64,000 nucleotides of DNA. Source: Betaproteobacteria bacterium. GTDB lineage: Bacteria; Pseudomonadota; Gammaproteobacteria; Burkholderiales; Burkholderiaceae_C. The stretch covers positions 708-64,707 of the forward strand of contig JANOAM010000067.1 of NCBI GenBank assembly GCA_031411215.1, in the 5' to 3' direction. A program made the translations under genes and the position numbers. The notes below the pieces were generated by a model. The model searched no databases, had not been told where the DNA came from, and saw only the letters and a program-made list of their open reading frames with translations. Below are positions 1 through 11,500 of the stretch, piece after piece (position 1 is the stretch's first letter; the number at the start of each line of letters is the position of its first letter).

Positions 1-1220
1 ATGCCGTCCATCAGCTTGGCAAAGTGCTTCATGAACCTGTCGTTGTTCATGGAGATGCGGCGCACCAGCAAGGCCTTGGAGATCATCACCCAGAAGCTCA
101 CCACGAACATCACGCCCAGGATGCCGATGACAACCCAGCCGTCCAGCGTCACCGCGCTCAGCAGGATCTTGAGGTAGGACGCACTTTCGGCCTCGGCGTC
201 GCCGCCTTCACCCTTGCCGATGGACACCAGCCTGGCGTCCGGGCCCTGGCTGCCGGCAGCCAACTTGACCCAGTCGGCTGAACGCGCGGCGCTGGCGATC
301 TGCACCTCGTCGATCTCGCCCTTGAAGCCCGTGCCTAGGACCGCCTGGCCGCCCAACACCGGCACGCTGACATTGGCACGCGCCACTTCGCTGCCGTTCA
401 GGTAGACCGTCAGCCCGTCGCGCACCACCAGCGCCACGTGCTGCCAGGTCCCGGCCGCCAGCTTGCCTGCCGGGCTGGTGCCCAGAGTGCCGGACTGCGC
501 CACCAGGGCACCGTCCTTGACGCTCAACGTCAAGGAGTTGCCGCCTTCGGTCTGGCGCACCAGCACTGCGTCGGTGAGTTCGGCCGGTTTGATCCACATC
601 GACACCGTCAGGCCCGTGGCTCCGGCGCGCAGCGTTGGCGTGATGTTGACGGCCAGATCGTTGCTGCCGTCAAAGCTGGCCGCCGCGCCGATCAGGCCTG
701 CCGCACTGGGCTTGGCACCCATGCGCGCCGCGTGGTTGGCGTTGGCCGTGCTGTCTTGCGCGCTGGTCTCGTTTTCTGCGAAATGGTAGACAAGGCCCTG
801 CGCGGCGTCCCACACGCCCTTGGCGTCTGACGCCGGCGCAGCCTTGGCGTTGCCGTAGTACAGCCATACGGTGGTGTCCTTCACAGCGGGCGCCACCTTG
901 GGCAGTTGCACCCACACCAGGGCCAGTTCGTTGACGCCGTCGAAGCGTTCGATGTGGAACTTCAGCGGCGTCTTGTCGTCGGCGCCAATGAAGCGCAGGT
1001 CGCTGCCGTCGGGTTTGGCGTCCAGGAAGGGGAAGTTGCCAGTGTGCAGGCGCACCAGCACCGGCACGTTGTCGGCCACGGCCGTTATGGGCAGGCCGTC
1101 GGCCGCGGTGTTGAGCGTGAGCTTGATGCGCTTGGTCCACTCGGCGTTCCAGTTGGCGTGGGCGGCCGGGGCCAGCAGGGCCTGGGCAATCAGCAGGGCA
1201 AGAAGGGCAAGGAGTCTCAT
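1..1220 (-). CDS. DUF2341 + LamG/concanavalin-like + MotA/TolQ/ExbB proton-channel fusion protein (3' end runs off the window)
   Basis: Absent from the ORF track because there is no stop in the window. Manual translation from ATG at 1220: MRLLALLALLIAQALLAPAAHANWNAEWTKRIKLTLNT...VPVLVRLHTGNFPFLDAKPDGSDLRFIGADDKTPLKFHIERFDG...VWLYYGN (DUF2341). Then LamG-type ...TVSMWIKP...WQHVALVV...VYLNG...FKGEIDEVQI, then a TM segment TLDGWVVIGILGVMFVVSFWVMISK typical of the start of the ExbB domain. Confidence 0.85.
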   Translation of the reverse strand, partial: MRLLALLALLIAQALLAPAAHANWNAEWTKRIKLTLNTAADGLPITAVADNVPVLVRLHTGNFPFLDAKPDGSDLRFIGADDKTPLKFHIERFDGVNELALVWVQLPKVAPAVKDTTVWLYYGNAKAAPASDAKGVWDAAQGLVYHFAENETSAQDSTANANHAARMGAKPSAAGLIGAAASFDGSNDLAVNITPTLRAGATGLTVSMWIKPAELTDAVLVRQTEGGNSLTLSVKDGALVAQSGTLGTSPAGKLAAGTWQHVALVVRDGLTVYLNGSEVARANVSVPVLGGQAVLGTGFKGEIDEVQIASAARSADWVKLAAGSQGPDARLVSIGKGEGGDAEAESASYLKILLSAVTLDGWVVIGILGVMFVVSFWVMISKALLVRRISMNNDRFMKHFAKLMDG

Positions 1221-1282
1221 AGTCGCGCCAGTGGGTCGCTGCAGCAGCGGCCGTGCATGCAGGGGTGCAGTCAAAGCCGCTG

Positions 1283-1316
1283 ACTGTGAGCGGCCTGTGT
1301 GGCAGGGCTGTGAATT
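1283..1316 (-). promoter_or_regulatory. pho-box-like promoter of the DUF2341-ExbB gene
   Basis: Minus strand reads AATTCAC-agcc-CTGCCAC-acaggccgct-CACAGT (7-4-7-10-hexamer geometry). Confidence 0.5.
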
Positions 1317-2524
1317 CAGCCCGCTGGCAGGGCCGCCGTCGGTCGTGCCAGCGTGCGCGCCTTGGCGGCGCGGTTGACCAGCGCCAACAGCCTCTCTGCG
1401 GCGCCACGCACCTGGAAGTTGGCCTCGAAGCAAGGCACCGTGGCCGCGCGCATGGCCTGCCGTTCGGCAGGGGGCAGGCCCAGCCAGGACTGCAGCAGCG
1501 CCAACGTTCCGGTCGCAGTGTCGGGCTCGGCCATGCCCGCACCGCCATCCACCACTTCGCGCCAGATGTTGACCTGGTTGGACACCAGGGCTGGTGTGCC
1601 CATGGCCAAGGCCTCGGCCACCGCCACGCCGAAGTTCTCCTGGTGCGAAGGCAGCACGAAGACCTCAGCCGCACGGAGTGCGCCCCACTTGGCGGTGCCG
1701 CGCAGCATGCCGGTGAAGGTGACACGCTGTTCCAGGCCCAGGCTGCGTACTTGCGAGATCAGACGGGCTTCCAGGCCGTCGCTGTCGGGTCCGGCCATCA
1801 CCAGGTGCAAGGCGGGGTCGCGCCCGGCCACCTGAGCAAACGCGTCGACCAGCAGATCGCAGCCCTTCTTGGGGTGCAGACGCGCCAGGAACAGCACCAG
1901 CCGCTTGCCCTGAAGGTGGGGGTGCAGGGCCAGGAAATCCGCGGCCGTGGCGGTTTGCGCTTCACGGTCCAGGTCCAGCCCGTAGCCAATGACTTCGCGC
2001 TGCGCGGCGAAGGGCTTGAAGGTGCCGCGCGCCAGCAGCGACTCGGTCTGCGTCGTGAACAGCACGGCCGCGGCGTCGCGCAGCACGCGGCCTTCGACCC
2101 ATTGCCAGTACAGCTGCTTCTTGGCGTGTTTGGCTGGGTAGGCCTGGCGGAACCAGGGGTCCAGCATGCCGTGTGGCATGACGAACATCGGCACACCCGT
2201 GCCGTGCAGCGCGCGCCAGGTGCCCAAGCTCTGGTACTGCCACAGGCCGTGCGCGATGACGCCGTCAAAGTGCGCTGCGTTCGTACGCAGCCAGGGCACC
2301 AGGCGGGGGGTGTATCCCCAGTTGCCATACGAAGGGCCCAGCGCATGCAGCGTGGTCGGGAAGTCCTTCAGGCAGGCCGCGTCGGGCGCGTCCAGCGTGA
2401 CGACGGCACTTTCGTGGCCGCCGGCCTTGATGCCGCGCACCAGCTGGCGCACGCCTTCGGCCGGACCGCCGTGCACTGTGTCCACGGAACGGATGACGTT
2501 GAGGAGTCGAAGTGGGCGTTGCAT
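1316..2524 (-). CDS. Glycosyltransferase family 4 (GT-B)
   Basis: Probable start ATG 2524 (MQRPLRLLNVIRSVDTVHGGP). Contains HGLWQY, MPHGMLDPW, LFLARLHPKKG and PSHQENFGVAVAEAL (EX7E). The ORF-track N-terminal extension lies inside tpsA and is rejected. Confidence 0.9.
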   Translation of the reverse strand: MQRPLRLLNVIRSVDTVHGGPAEGVRQLVRGIKAGGHESAVVTLDAPDAACLKDFPTTLHALGPSYGNWGYTPRLVPWLRTNAAHFDGVIAHGLWQYQSLGTWRALHGTGVPMFVMPHGMLDPWFRQAYPAKHAKKQLYWQWVEGRVLRDAAAVLFTTQTESLLARGTFKPFAAQREVIGYGLDLDREAQTATAADFLALHPHLQGKRLVLFLARLHPKKGCDLLVDAFAQVAGRDPALHLVMAGPDSDGLEARLISQVRSLGLEQRVTFTGMLRGTAKWGALRAAEVFVLPSHQENFGVAVAEALAMGTPALVSNQVNIWREVVDGGAGMAEPDTATGTLALLQSWLGLPPAERQAMRAATVPCFEANFQVRGAAERLLALVNRAAKARTLARPTAALPAG

Positions 2525-2550
2525 GTTGCTGTTCTGGTTGAGGGGCCGCG

Positions 2551-5500
2551 CTACTTGGCGAAGCACTCCTTGTCGTCTTCCTTGCAGTTCTTGTCGCCGA
2601 AGCCCAGCACTTCGACGCTCAGCACAGTGGGCTTGGGCGCCTTGCTGGCCTGGGCCGCCTGGCGCGAGGCCTGCTCGGCGGCCTTGGCGGCCTTGTCGTC
2701 GGCTTGTGCCGCGCTGGACGGGCTTTGGTTGCTGGCCGCCAGGGTGGCCGCGACGCTGCCGGTGGGCACCTGCGGCACGCCCTGCGACGCGCCAGCAGCT
2801 TTGATGTCGCTGGCGTTCAGCACCACCTGCGCATTGATCAGGATGTTGCCACTGCTGCGGATGCCGGCTTCGCCGGCGTCGATCTTGCCGGCCGGTGCGA
2901 ACAGGTAGATGTCGCCGGCATCTGGCGCGGCCACGGGGCCCAGGCCATCGGGGTCGGAAGTCAGGGTCTGGATACCGCTGCCGGTGGCACTGGCAGGAAT
3001 GACGACTTCGACGCCGATCTGGTTGCCGGCCGCATCCAGGATCGGGCGGCGCTGCGGCGTGGGTGTCGACAGTGAAGTCTTGGCACCGCGGCCGGCGTCG
3101 ATGCTGCCCTGGGCCGAGTAGATCAGGATGTCCCCGCCCTGCGCGGTCAGTACCTTGCCCTGGTTGATGTTGAAGTTGCCCGACAGCATGCTGCGGATGG
3201 CACCGCCCTGGTTGGTGACGATGCCCACGGGCTGGCCGCTGCTGGGCGTCGTCAGGCCGACCACGATGTCGCCGGCCGGTGCCCACAGGTCGATGTCGCT
3301 GCCGCCCAAGGTCTGGACCGAGGTGCGGTAGCTGTAGATGTTGCCGCCCCCGCTGCTGGGCTGGTCGATGAAGCCCTTCACGGCGCCGCGCAGCAATTCG
3401 TCGAAGACCAGGGGCACCACACCGGTCAGCCGTGCACCGTTGACTCGGCGCTGCACCGCGCCCTGGAACAGCAGCGGGTACTGGTCGCCCAGGGCCTTGA
3501 AGGCGCTCACGCTGGCACTGTCCAGGACCTCGCCGCCCAGGGTCACCGTGCCGCTGCCCGGCTGCAGGAGGCTGGCCAGGTCCACCGCCACCGACAGTCG
3601 CTGGACATTGTCTTCACGTGCCAGCAGGCTCAGCAGGCGCGTGGCCTGGGCCAACGAGGTACTGGCCAGGGGCAGCAAGTTGCTGTTCAGCACGCGCTTG
3701 TAGGTGGCCAGTGCCTCGGCTGCCGCGCGGTCGTAGGCCACCTGGTCTGCAGTCGTGACCGTCCCTGAGCGTGGCTTGAGCAGGCGCTCGAACGCCGGGT
3801 TGCGTGCCACCAGCGCCGACAGTTGGGCGGCCGCGAGGATGGCGTCGCGGCCGCCAGCCGTTTCCAGCTCCACACCCAGCTGCGCATAGACCGCGCTGAT
3901 TTCTGCGTTGAAGCGGTTGATCTCCAGCAGCCGCGCGTAGGTGCTGTCCAGCAGCGTGCGGTCGAGTGTGCCGCTGACGCCCGCCAGCACACTGATGCGC
4001 GCGCTCTTGCTGCTTCCGAGCAAGGGGTTGCGGGTATCGCCGGTGGCCACCAGGCCGCCCACCACGGTGCCGTTGAGCGCCACGTTGGCCCCGCCCAGGT
4101 CCACGTCGCCGCCGGCCTGCAGCCACAACTGGCCCGGACCGCCAATCTCGATGCCGCCCGAGGTGTTGCGCTTGATCACGTCGCCGCTGACGGCCCGCAC
4201 CTCGGACACGTCGCTGCTGTCCAGGTTCTGCAGCCGCAGGTCGGGGTCGATGATGCTGCCGGCGGCTTGCATGCGGCTGCGCGCCGGCAGGACCCACTGT
4301 TCATTCTTCGTCGTCCGGATGTCGCCGCCAGCCTGCACATCAAAGTACAGCCCTTGAGCTTCATCGCTGCGCGACACCAGCCCGAACAAGGGTGCATCGC
4401 CGCGCTGGGTGATGCGCCCCAGTCTGATGGGCTTGAGCGAGGTGGTGACCACCTTGCCGGTATGGAAGAAGGTGCTGCCCGCGCCTGCATCGGGGCGGGC
4501 GTCCTGGTAGTTCGTGGTGGGCGTGACCAGGGCCGACGGTGCCAGGTCCGACACCTCCAGGGCGAAGCCCCGGATGTCGCCCGACGCCAGCAGCGACACG
4601 CTGGCCAGCGCCGACGGGTAGGTCTTGATGATGTTGGCGTCGTTCACGAACTCGGCCGGCCCGATGATGGCGCCGTCAAACGCCACCAGGGACAGCCGGG
4701 GCGGGAAGGCGGCATCGGGTGAGATGTTCTGTGCCGTCACCGCGGGTGCGGACACCGAACGCCAGGCGGAAGCCGCTGCCATGCTGCCGCGCACCTTCAG
4801 GTCACCGCCTTCGGCCGAGATGCTCAAGCCGCTGTTGGGCGCGTAGGTGAAAAAGGTGGTGGCCACGCTGCTGGGCGACGCACTGCCGGGGTTGGTGGGG
4901 TGGAAGCTCGGTCCCGCCGCGCCTGCGCCCGGGTTCAGGCCCATGTAGGTGGGGTTGTCCGAACTCTGCAGGAAGGCCGCGCCCCCCGCTGACAAGCTCA
5001 GTTCCGCCCGTTCGGGGGTGATGCCGCTGCTCGCGCCCATCAGGTAGGTCTGGATGGCCGAGCTGCGGCCCAGGTCACCGCCGGCCTGGACACTGCCGGT
5101 GCCGCGGCCGATCAGGAAGGACGCACCGTTGATGTCACCGCCGGCCGTCACGCTGAGCTTGCCGCCGCCGGTGACCTCCACCATGCGCGCCGAGCCCACG
5201 GTCGACGTGCGTCCGGCCGTGGGTGCTGCAAACAGCAGGTCGTTGACGCTGCCACCGGCCAACACCTCCACGTCGCCGCCGCCCAGTGTGGCCACACCCT
5301 GCTGGAAGCGGGGCCGGTACACCCACCAGTCGGTGGCGTAGTTGCTGGCGACGAAGTTCGACGGCGTTTCGCGGTAGCGGCGCAGCCAGTCGGTCACCCA
5401 GAGGTCGGCCGCACCGGCCGGGCCCTGCACCGAGCCGCCGGCGCGCAGGCGGATGCTGCCGCCATCCACGGTCCAGCGGTTGTTGCCGTTGACGGCCGAG

Positions 5501-8500
5501 TCGGCAGCGCCCATGCGGCCGGCGGTGTAGATGGCCGCGGCCACGTTGTCGATGCGGATGTCGCCAGCGGCCGCCAGTTCGATGTTGCCGGTGCCAGTGC
5601 GGATGCCGGCCGACGCGCCGTTGAGCAAGAGGTTGCCGCTGCCGGTTGCGTTGTTGGCAGTGCCACCGGTTGTGCCGCGCGTGCTCAGCGCGTTGGCGGA
5701 AGCCAGGTCCGCGCCGGCCGCCACACGGATGTTCCAGGTTTCGCCAGCCAGCACTGCGTGGTTGGTGTTGGCATTGGCGTTGTTGGTGGTCTGGTTGGTG
5801 CCATTGGTGGCCAGGTTGGGTGCACCCAGCGTCTGGCGCAGGTTCACGTCGCCTGCGGCACGCAAGGTCAGCGTGCCTGCCTTGCCGCCGGCCCGCCAGG
5901 CGGTGCTGGTCAGGTCCCAGTTTGCGTCCAGGCTCAAGCTGCCCGCGGACTGGATCTCGGTGGCGCCCAGCACGCCCGCGCCAGTGAGTGCACCGCGTTC
6001 ATCGTGCATGTTGGCGGCCAGCGTGGAATTGGCCACCGAGTTGACGAAACTCTGGTGGTCATTGGCCCAGGCCGTGAGCTGGGTGCTGCCGATGCTGGCC
6101 GGCACGGCACTGCCACTGTAGACACGGGTGGCTTCCAGGTCCACGGAAGCGGCCCGGTCGCCTGCGCTGCCTTGCGCCGCGGCCAGCAAGCCGGACGGGC
6201 TGTAGCGCAGCACCTCGCCGCGCAGGTTGTTGCTGCCGACCGTGTTGGTTGTGCCGCTGACGCTGCGCAGCACGCCGAACACCACCGAACCCGCGGGCCC
6301 GGCGTCGCCGGCCCGCACGTCGATCTGGGCGCCCTGCTCGAAGGCCAGGGTGCCACCGCGGGTCTCTGCGCGCACGTCGCCACCGCGGGCGGCGACGTCG
6401 GCGCCCGCGGCCAGCAGGCGGCTGCCCGCGGCCAGGCGCAGCCCGGTGGCCGCGCTGAGTTCGATGCGGCCACCACCCGCGCCAGTGTTCTGTCCCACCG
6501 TGCCTTCGATGTCGATGCGGCCCGTGTCGGCCACCAGCGCCACGCGGCGCGCCTGCACGGACTCGCCGGAACGCACGGCCATGTCGCCGCTGCGTGCACG
6601 GATGCGGCGCTCTTCGGTGAAGCCCCCGGCGTCCAGCGCCGCGTTGACCGCGGCCAGGCTGTTGATGACACCCAGGTCGATGTCGGCCGAGCCGGTGCGT
6701 GCGCCGGCCGCGGCGTTGCCCGACACCGTGCCCTGCAGGTCGGCGCCCTGGGCGCGCAACACCCAGCTGCCGGCGTTGCCGCCCTCGTCGGCGGCCGCCA
6801 CGTCCAGCCGCGAGCCGGCGGTCATGCGCACCTGGGCGCCCTCTGCACTCATGGACACCTGGCCGCCATCGGCTGCGGCCACGCTGCCCGAAAAGTCGCG
6901 CGTGCTGCCCGAGGCGTCCAGCGTGGCCCGGCCGCCCAGCGTGATGTCGCCGCCTTGCGCCTGCAGACTGATGCTGCCCGAGCGCGCATTCACGGCCGTG
7001 TCGATGCCCACGCTGGCGCCCTGCAGCAAGACGCGTCCGCCCAGGCCCTGGTTGCTGGACGGGGCCAGCGCCGTGCTGCCTGCAGGCAGCCCCTGCAGCT
7101 GCAGTGCGCCGAAGCTGGTGACGGTGCCGCCGGCGCTGGACGAGACTGCGGCCACCCGCTGGTTGGACCCCGCGCCGGCTTGCAGCGCCGGTGTGAAGAG
7201 GTTCAGGTTGCCGCCTGAGCGCAGGCTGCCGCTGCCTTCCAGGCCGACTTCGGACAGCGCGGTGAGCGTGACCGTGCCGAAGCCCTGGGTGGACTTGTCG
7301 CCCGCGCCCAGCGTGATCTGCGTGGCCTGGATGTCCAGGCTGCCACTGCCACCCGAAGATGCGGCCTGTGTTGTGGAGCGGTTGAGCCAGCTCACCTGGT
7401 CGGCATGGATCTGGGCTTGTGTGCTGCCGTTGACCGGCCGAGACACCAGGCTGGGCGTGTCGAGCGTCAGCTGTGCCGCGGCGTTGCCGCCCAGCGTGGT
7501 GGTGCCCATCAGCTCGATGACACCGTAGGCGCGCAGTGTCAGGTTGTCCAGCTGGGCATATGCGGCCAGATCGCTGTTGGACAGCACCAGACCGGCCAAC
7601 GAACCGGGCGCGGCCGATGCGGTTTCGCCCAGCGTGATGCTGGACGCCGCCAGGCTGACCGAGCCGCCGCTGCCGTTGGCGCCGCCCGCGCTCAGTTGGC
7701 CCGCTGACCGGGTGGAGCGCGTGGCGTCCAGCAGCAGTGCGCCGCTGGCTTGCAAGCTGGCGCCGGACGCGACGTTCAGGTCGCCCTGGGTGGTGGCTGC
7801 CGTGCCGCGGTCCACGCTGGCCTGCTGCCCGTTGCTCAGGCGCAAGAGCGCGCCGGTGGTCTCGGTGTGCAGCACCGGGCCAGTGCCGCCCGTGGCGCCG
7901 GCGCCGCTGGCCTTCAGCACGCTGCCGCTGGCCACGTCGATGCTCTGCGTGGCGCTGATCAGCAGTTCCGGCAGGTCCACCGGGCTGCTGGCATCGTTGG
8001 CCACGGTGACCGTGCTGGCCAGGGTCGTGATCTGCACGCCGTCGGCCGTGCGCTGGCGTGTGCCGCCCACCAGGACGCTGGACTTCAGCGCGGTGAGCGA
8101 ACGGCTGCTGATCTCCAGCGTGCCGGCCGGGTGCACCTGGCTGCCGACGTCCTTGACGATGGCCACCCGGTTGCCCACCAGGTCCACTTCGGAACTGCGG
8201 CCGCTGTAGACACCCTGGCTGGCGCCGACGGTGAGGAACTCGCCACCCAATGACAGCGACGTGGCGTCGCGGATGGTCATCGCGCCTGCGTCCCAGGGTG
8301 AAGCCACCAGCAGGCGGTCCACGCGTGCGGCTTCGCTGGCCAGCAGTTCGGCACCGCTGCGCGTGTAGTCGGAATAGCGGCTGACCGCGGTGCCTGGCAG
8401 GACCACCACTCCGACACTTTGTGATTCGACGACGCTGGTGCCGCGCGCGCTGCGATGTCCCGCCACCACCCGCTCTCCGTTGGCCAGCGTCGTGCTCTGT

Positions 8501-11500
8501 CCGGGCTGCAGGCTGCGGAATGCGCTGCCCGTCTGCAGCTGCACCAGGTAGGCGTCGGGCAGCAGCGCAAAGCGCGTGGGCAGCAGCACATAGTCGCCGG
8601 CCGGGACGCGCGCGCCGCTGTCGATGCGGATGCTGTCGTACAGCGCAGCGTCGCGCGGGTTGCTCAGCGAAAAGCCGGAGCCCGGGTCGGCCAGACCGGC
8701 CAGCTGCAGGTAGGTGTCGTAGGGGATGCCCGCCAACTGGGACTTGGGCACGATGGCAAAGGTGTCGGCGGCCGTGGCGATGTCCGTGTCGCCGCCATTG
8801 CCCGGCACGAACTCCACCGCCAGCACGTTGCCGCCACCGCTCATGTCCAGCGTGGCGCCGGCCTGAACCGCCACATTGGTGGCGCTGAGGGTCAGGCGCT
8901 TGCCCTTGTCGGAGACCGATTCCAGCAGCAAGGGGTTGGTGACCGACGTGGACTGCGGACCGTCGATGTAGCGCCACTGCAGGCCGCTCAGGGTGGTGCC
9001 GTACAGCACATCCAGCCCGGCCCCCGACACCGAGGTGAGGCTGCCGCTGCTCAGTTCCAGGTAGTTGCTGGCCTGCAGGCTGATCTCGCCTTGCGGCGCG
9101 CGGACCACACCGCCCTGCACGATGGTGGCAGCCTTCAGCGTCAGCGAGCCGGCCACGGCATACACATCGGTCGGCTTCTGGCCGTTGCTGCTGACCAGCA
9201 GGTAGGACGTGCCGCCGGTGGTCTGGACGTCGAAACGCGTGCGTGTGGCCGGGTACAGCTGAGTGGCGTCGAACTCCAGATTGCCGGCGCTGCGCAGCGA
9301 GCCGTACTGGTACTTCAGGCTGGCGTCATTGCTGCCGCCGGTATTGAAGTTGGTTTCCTTGCCGATGAAGCGCACGTCGCTGTCGCTGTGCACCCGCGTC
9401 AGCGCCGCCCCCTGCAGGGCCATGCTGCCGTAGAAGTCCACCGACCCGCCATCGATCCTCAGGACACCGGTACCCGCTTCCAGCGCCGGCGCCACCAGGG
9501 GCTTGGCACTGTTGCGGGACCAGATGGTTCGCGTGGCGTCCAGTGTGTCGCTGACCTGCTCACGCGCGCCGAGCGACTGGCCCAGCGACACCGTGGCGCC
9601 GGACAGCGAAACCTGGGCGCCGCTGCCCAGGCGCAGCTGGGGCGCGTCCAGCCGCAGACCGCGCTGGAACGCCAGGTTCACGTTGCCCTGGAATTCGATG
9701 CTGTCTTCGGACAGCAGGCGCAATTTCTCGAAGCCGGCCGAGGTCAGCAGGCCGGCGTCCAGCACGCTCGTGGTGCTGTTGCTGCCGCTGCGGCCCGGCG
9801 TCTGGTCTGCCCCGGTTGCGCTGACCACCAGCCGCTGCTCCGGCGGCAGCGCGGTCTGCCGCTCGGCGCGTGTCAGTTCCACGGCCAGGCTGCCGCCTGC
9901 CGCACTGCCCGGGCCGTTGGCCGCCAGGCTGCCGCCCAGCACCAGGTGGCTTTGCGACTTGATGATCAGCGTGCCGGCATGGCCGGCCATGACCTGTAGG
10001 TCCACACCGCCATCGGCACTGGGCAGGTCCACCGTCTTCTCGATGCCGCTGACGTCGATCCGCGAGCCTGCCGCCGTTTCCACACCGGCTGCTGCGGCGT
10101 CCAGCGTCACCGTGCCACCGCCATAGACGGTGCCGCGTGTCAGGCCGGTGTCGCTCGGCGTGGCCACAAAAGTGCCGGCGGTGGACAGGAGCGCGGCCGA
10201 GCCCAGACGCAGGGGTGCCGCGTCCATTTGTGCCGCCCCGCGCAACGTGGCGGTTATGCGGCCGCCCGGTGCGATCACCTGTCCATCGATCACCAGGGAC
10301 ACAGCCGCCGGCGGTGCGCTGTTCTCCGAACCGGCCGTCAGGTTCACGGTGGCACCGGGGTCGGTGCGGATGAGGGCGCCAGTCCCGACGCGCAGCGTCT
10401 GGCCCGCGGCCAGCGTCAGCGAGGCAGGGGCACGCAGGTGGTCCGGCAGCAGCGCGGGTTCTGCCACCGAGCTGAGCGCGCTGCCTGAGCGCAGCTGCAA
10501 AGCGGCGGCGGTGTCGACCAGCAGGTTCAGCTGGCGCAGCAGCAGCGGCGTGTTGTCACTGAGCTCGATTCCCTGCGCTGCATTGATGGTGAAGCTGGCG
10601 AAGCCCCGGCCCGTGAAAAGGTCGGTGCGCAGCCGTGTGGTGCTGGAGGGCAGGGTGCCCACGGTCTGGGGCGTGTCGATCACGGCGTCGTTCAGGCCCA
10701 GGCGCAGCGTGCCGCCGGCGCTGAGGCCGTAGCCCAGAAGGTCGGATTGCAGCCAGTCCGACGAGGTCTGGCCCGTCAAGCCATTGTTGATGACGAGCGT
10801 GCCGCCACGGCCGCCGCTCAGTCGGCGGTTGGCGCCCAGCTGAGCGCCGCCGCTCACGTCCAGCACCGAACCGCGCTCCAGGCGGATCTGTGCCAGGTCC
10901 GCGCGCGGGCTGATGGTCAGCGTGCCGCCGGCCAGCGCGGACTGCACAGCGGTGCCGAGTTGCCGGCCCAGTGGCCACCAGGCCGTGGACGCCGAGTCGG
11001 CTGCGCCGCTGAGATTGATCCAATCTCCGGCCACCGAGAGCGTGGCGCCTGTGCGCACGATGGTGCGTTCGGACAGGCTGGCCAGGCTGGCATCGACGAA
11101 GTCCAGGTCACGAACGCCGCTCACGTTGCCGGAGATCGGGTCCAGGGTCAGTGCGCCCGAAGGCAGCCGGATGTCGCCGGCAATGTCCAGCGCCGGGGCG
11201 CGCAAAGTCAGGCTGCCCGCCAGGCCGGACTGGATGCGCACGTTGGCGGGCACGGTGATGCGGCCCTCGCTGTTCACCGTGACGCTGCCGAAGCCTTGCT
11301 CCACACGCAGGCCGCCCGCCGTGCCGGCGGCGGCGAAGACCTGGTCGGCACCGAGCAGGATGGTGTCGCGCTGCGCGGTGGTGAGCGCGGAGTCCACCTT
11401 GAAGCTGCTGCCCAGGCTGTCTGCAGCCTGCTGCCGCCAGACCACATGGCCGATGCGCTGGGACTCGTCGTTGTAGACCACCTGGATGCGGTCGTCGACC

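Noticed and set aside
2551-3400. TpsA as a CDI toxin
   Set aside because: No VENN-type pre-toxin motif, the C-terminus is DUF3739-type, and no small immunity gene follows.
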